Assembly: GCA_004431415.1 (NCBI GenBank)
Contig: QPMI01000354.1
Location: 1 to 34,814, forward strand
DNA: 34,814 nt
Direction: 5' to 3'
Origin: Cyanophora paradoxa CCMP329
Lineage: Eukaryota; Plantae; Glaucophyta
A program made the translations under genes and the position numbers. The stretch's first letter is position 1; the number at the start of each line of letters is the position of its first letter. This document shows, piece after piece, positions 32,635 through 34,814 of the stretch. The notes below the pieces were generated by a model. That model was not told the origin of the DNA. It searched no databases and worked only from the letters and a program-made list of their open reading frames with translations.

Positions 32635-34400
32635 TCAGGAAGGGCCGACGGCGCCGGCGCCGGTGGCGGTACGGCGCGCGCAGTCGGTGTGGTCCCGGCT
32701 GTGGCACTGGGCGCAGATGTGGCGCCCGAAGAAGCAGACGCCGTCGCTGACGGCGTTCTTGCAGATGCCCTGGTTGAAGCACCAACAGATGGCTGGGCTG
32801 ACGCCGAAGTAGCGCGGGTCCTCGGTGTGCCAGACGGCGCCACGGTCGAGGGCATCCTGCACGGCCCGGGAACGCGAGCGGCCGGAGCCGGAGGCGGCCC
32901 GAGTGTCGCCGCTGGGCGCGGTGCCGGGCGGGGACGCGAGCGCGGCGACCGCCGAGGCCGCGGCGGGGCGCGCCGCGGCGCTGGCGCGCGACGCCCGGCC
33001 GCCGCCGGCCGGACGGGCGGCTGCATCGACGGCGGCGGCCGAGGCCACGATGCTGCCGGCGTGAAAGGGGAGGGGGCCCCCGAGCCCGAGCCCCCCCTCG
33101 GGCAGGCTGCGCGCGAGGAGAGCCATGCTGTGGTGGCCAAGGGCGCGGTACCGGCCGTCGGCGTCCTCGGCGCAGGCGAGGGCGTCAGCAAGGTGATGCT
33201 GCACCCACGGGAAGACCCGCTCCCACGGAAGCGTGCGGGCAAGGACGATGATCTCGTACTGCAGCCGGGACAGGGCCTCGAGGCGGCGGCAGCGCTCCTC
33301 CGCCGGCAGCATGGTGTCCGTGGAGATCTGGAAGGCGAGGAGCTGAAGGCACAGGAGGAGGTCGGGGAAGGCGAGCTGCTCGCGCTGTGTGCCGGTGCTG
33401 GACGAGGCGGAGTGCGCCTGGAGGACCAGCCGGCCCGAGACGGGGTCGAGGGACACCGCGATGGCGTCCGCGGCGGAGGACGCGAGGCCCGACTGGGTGG
33501 CGGAGGGGGAGAAGACGGGGTCTAGAAAGAGCCTACGGAGCTCGAAAGGCCCCCCCGCCCGAATCGCCGCTACGAGGCGCTCACCGGCCGGGCCTGTGAA
33601 GATGCGCGCGGGAAGGGTGCTGACGCGAGCGCTCCCGTCGGTCGAGGGGGCGCAGCGCCGGCACCCCGAACGCGAAGCCGGCCCCTGCGAGCGCCGCAGG
33701 CAGGGCGCGCGCCAGCGCCTGCGACACCGCCTGAGAGATATCGACATCGGTCTGCGATGTGGGCGGCGGGTCGGCGGCGGCGCCGTGCACGAAGGGGCGG
33801 GACGGTGCGCTCCGCGGGACGAATACAGCACCAGGGACGGCGGCGGTCGCCGTGGGGACGTGGTGGGACAGGGCCGCGCCGGCGGGGTGCCGGGGGCCGG
33901 CAGCGGGGCAGGGCCTCGAGCGGCAGGTGCGTGACCTGGGCTGGGGCGGGCCGCTGCGCGTGCTCGAGCAGGCTCTGGTGCTGCGCCAGCACCATGCGCT
34001 GCTGGTCGACGGCGCTCACGAGGGCGCTGAGGTCGCGCGTCAGGGGAGCAACCGCTGCCGCGACCGCTGAGGCGGTCGCCTGCTGCACGCTCGCCGCGAG
34101 CTGCTGGGTCAGCATCGGGCCGAGCTGTGACAGATCCACCACGGGGCCGGCGATCCGGGGCCGGGCAGGACTGCGAGGGGTCCCGCCGGCGGCGCGCGCG
34201 AAGCTCGGGCCTCCGGCATGCGAGGTGCGAGCACGGGGGCGGGCTGAGGCGGCGCGGATCCGGATGCCGGGGTCGACGGCGCGGCCGCGGAACCCCCGCC
34301 CGCGGGTGCGGGGGGGGCGGCAGCCGCGTGCGAAGTCTGCTGCAGCAGCCTCGCTGTCGACGCAGGAGGAGCGGCGGGGCCGCCGGGATGCTGCTGCTCG
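32635..34400 (-). pseudogene. Gag-like ORF1 with a C-terminal Cys/His finger; frameshifted, start uncertain
   Basis: CWCFNQGICK..CFFGRHICAQCHSRDHTDC before TGA at 32635. The upstream coiled-coil-like segment (QQLAASVQQ..LTRDLSALVSAVDQQ) lies in a different frame. Confidence 0.75.
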
Positions 34401-34481
34401 GCCTGCGCGGAGTGCGAGGCGAGCCCTGGCGCAGGGGCGATCCCGACGGGCGGCTGCAGATCTGAGGTCGTCTGCAGCTGC

Positions 34482-34607
34482 GAGCCCGCATCTCCTGACG
34501 CCCGTTCCGCCGCCGGCGCCTGAGCCGAGCATCTCCTGAGCCCGCATCTCCTGACGCCCCCCGCGCCCTCTTTGACGCCCGTTCCGCCGCCGGCGCCTGA
34601 GCCGAGC
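34482..34607. repeat. Interleaved short direct repeats (22 bp x2, 35 bp x2)
   Basis: gagcccgcatctcctgacgccc at 34482 and 34538; tgacgcccgttccgccgccggcgcctgagccgagc at 34496 and 34573. Confidence 0.8.
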
Positions 34608-34620
34608 CGCGCGCCGGCAG

Positions 34621-34814
34621 CTGGCCCCGCGGCGAGTGCATTCCGGCCGCTCTGGTCAACAATCAGTACGATTGGGGCAATGCAAGCCACCCCTCCTCGC
34701 CCGTTCTCTTCCCGCAGCCGAGGCGGGACGCGCAGGTGGGGTACCAGGTCGAGGTTGAGGACCCCGTCGAGATCTTCTGCCCCCTCAAGCCGGACCCGAA
34801 GCGCTGGCCCGGGG
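34621..34814 (+). CDS. Possible internal exons of an unidentified host gene
   Basis: WPRGECIPAALVNNQYDWGN joins in frame to VGYQVEVEDPVEIFCPLKPDPKRWPG across a GC-AG intron-like segment at 34682-34735. Confidence 0.3.

Larger units (their letters stand above)
27896..34480 (-). mobile_element. Ngaro-like (DIRS order) tyrosine-recombinase retrotransposon, defective; 5' boundary approximate
   Basis: Order gag, RT/RNase H, YR, followed by a B1-A2-B2 split direct repeat arrangement. No methyltransferase domain between RNase H and YR and no terminal inverted repeats, which fits Ngaro rather than DIRS1. Confidence 0.9.

Noticed and set aside
1-34814. Dozens of long overlapping Arg/Pro/Gly/Ala-rich ORFs in the track
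   Set aside because: Expected from stop-codon scarcity at very high GC; the real proteins emerge only after splicing.

Overview
Very GC-rich (roughly 75-80%, estimated by eye), intron-dense eukaryotic nuclear DNA. The style resembles a glaucophyte or similar alga/protist, which is inference only. The supplied ORF track is mostly GC-driven shadow ORFs; real genes are broken by 50-90 nt GT-AG and frequent GC-AG introns and by microexons. Left to right: a 5'-partial GDPD-like membrane protein (+); an F-box/LRR-like protein (+); a probable single ~13 kb gene (-) with an uncharacterised N-terminal half and an EML (HELP + WD40) C-terminal half; a head-to-head MORN-repeat gene (+); a 14-exon cathepsin B-like gene (+) with 6- and 5-nt microexons; and a nuclear-type WD40 gene (-). 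Splicing the N-terminus of that WD40 gene through a 9-nt microexon rebuilds a bacterial-type 'WWVNQG...PGD..HY' PUA/EVE-like domain, which is the most interesting observation. The right ~7 kb is a defective Ngaro-type tyrosine-recombinase retrotransposon (-) with split direct repeats, an internally deleted recombinase, and a nested 726-bp insertion flanked by a 66-bp duplication. All family calls come from motif recognition by eye; no searches were run.
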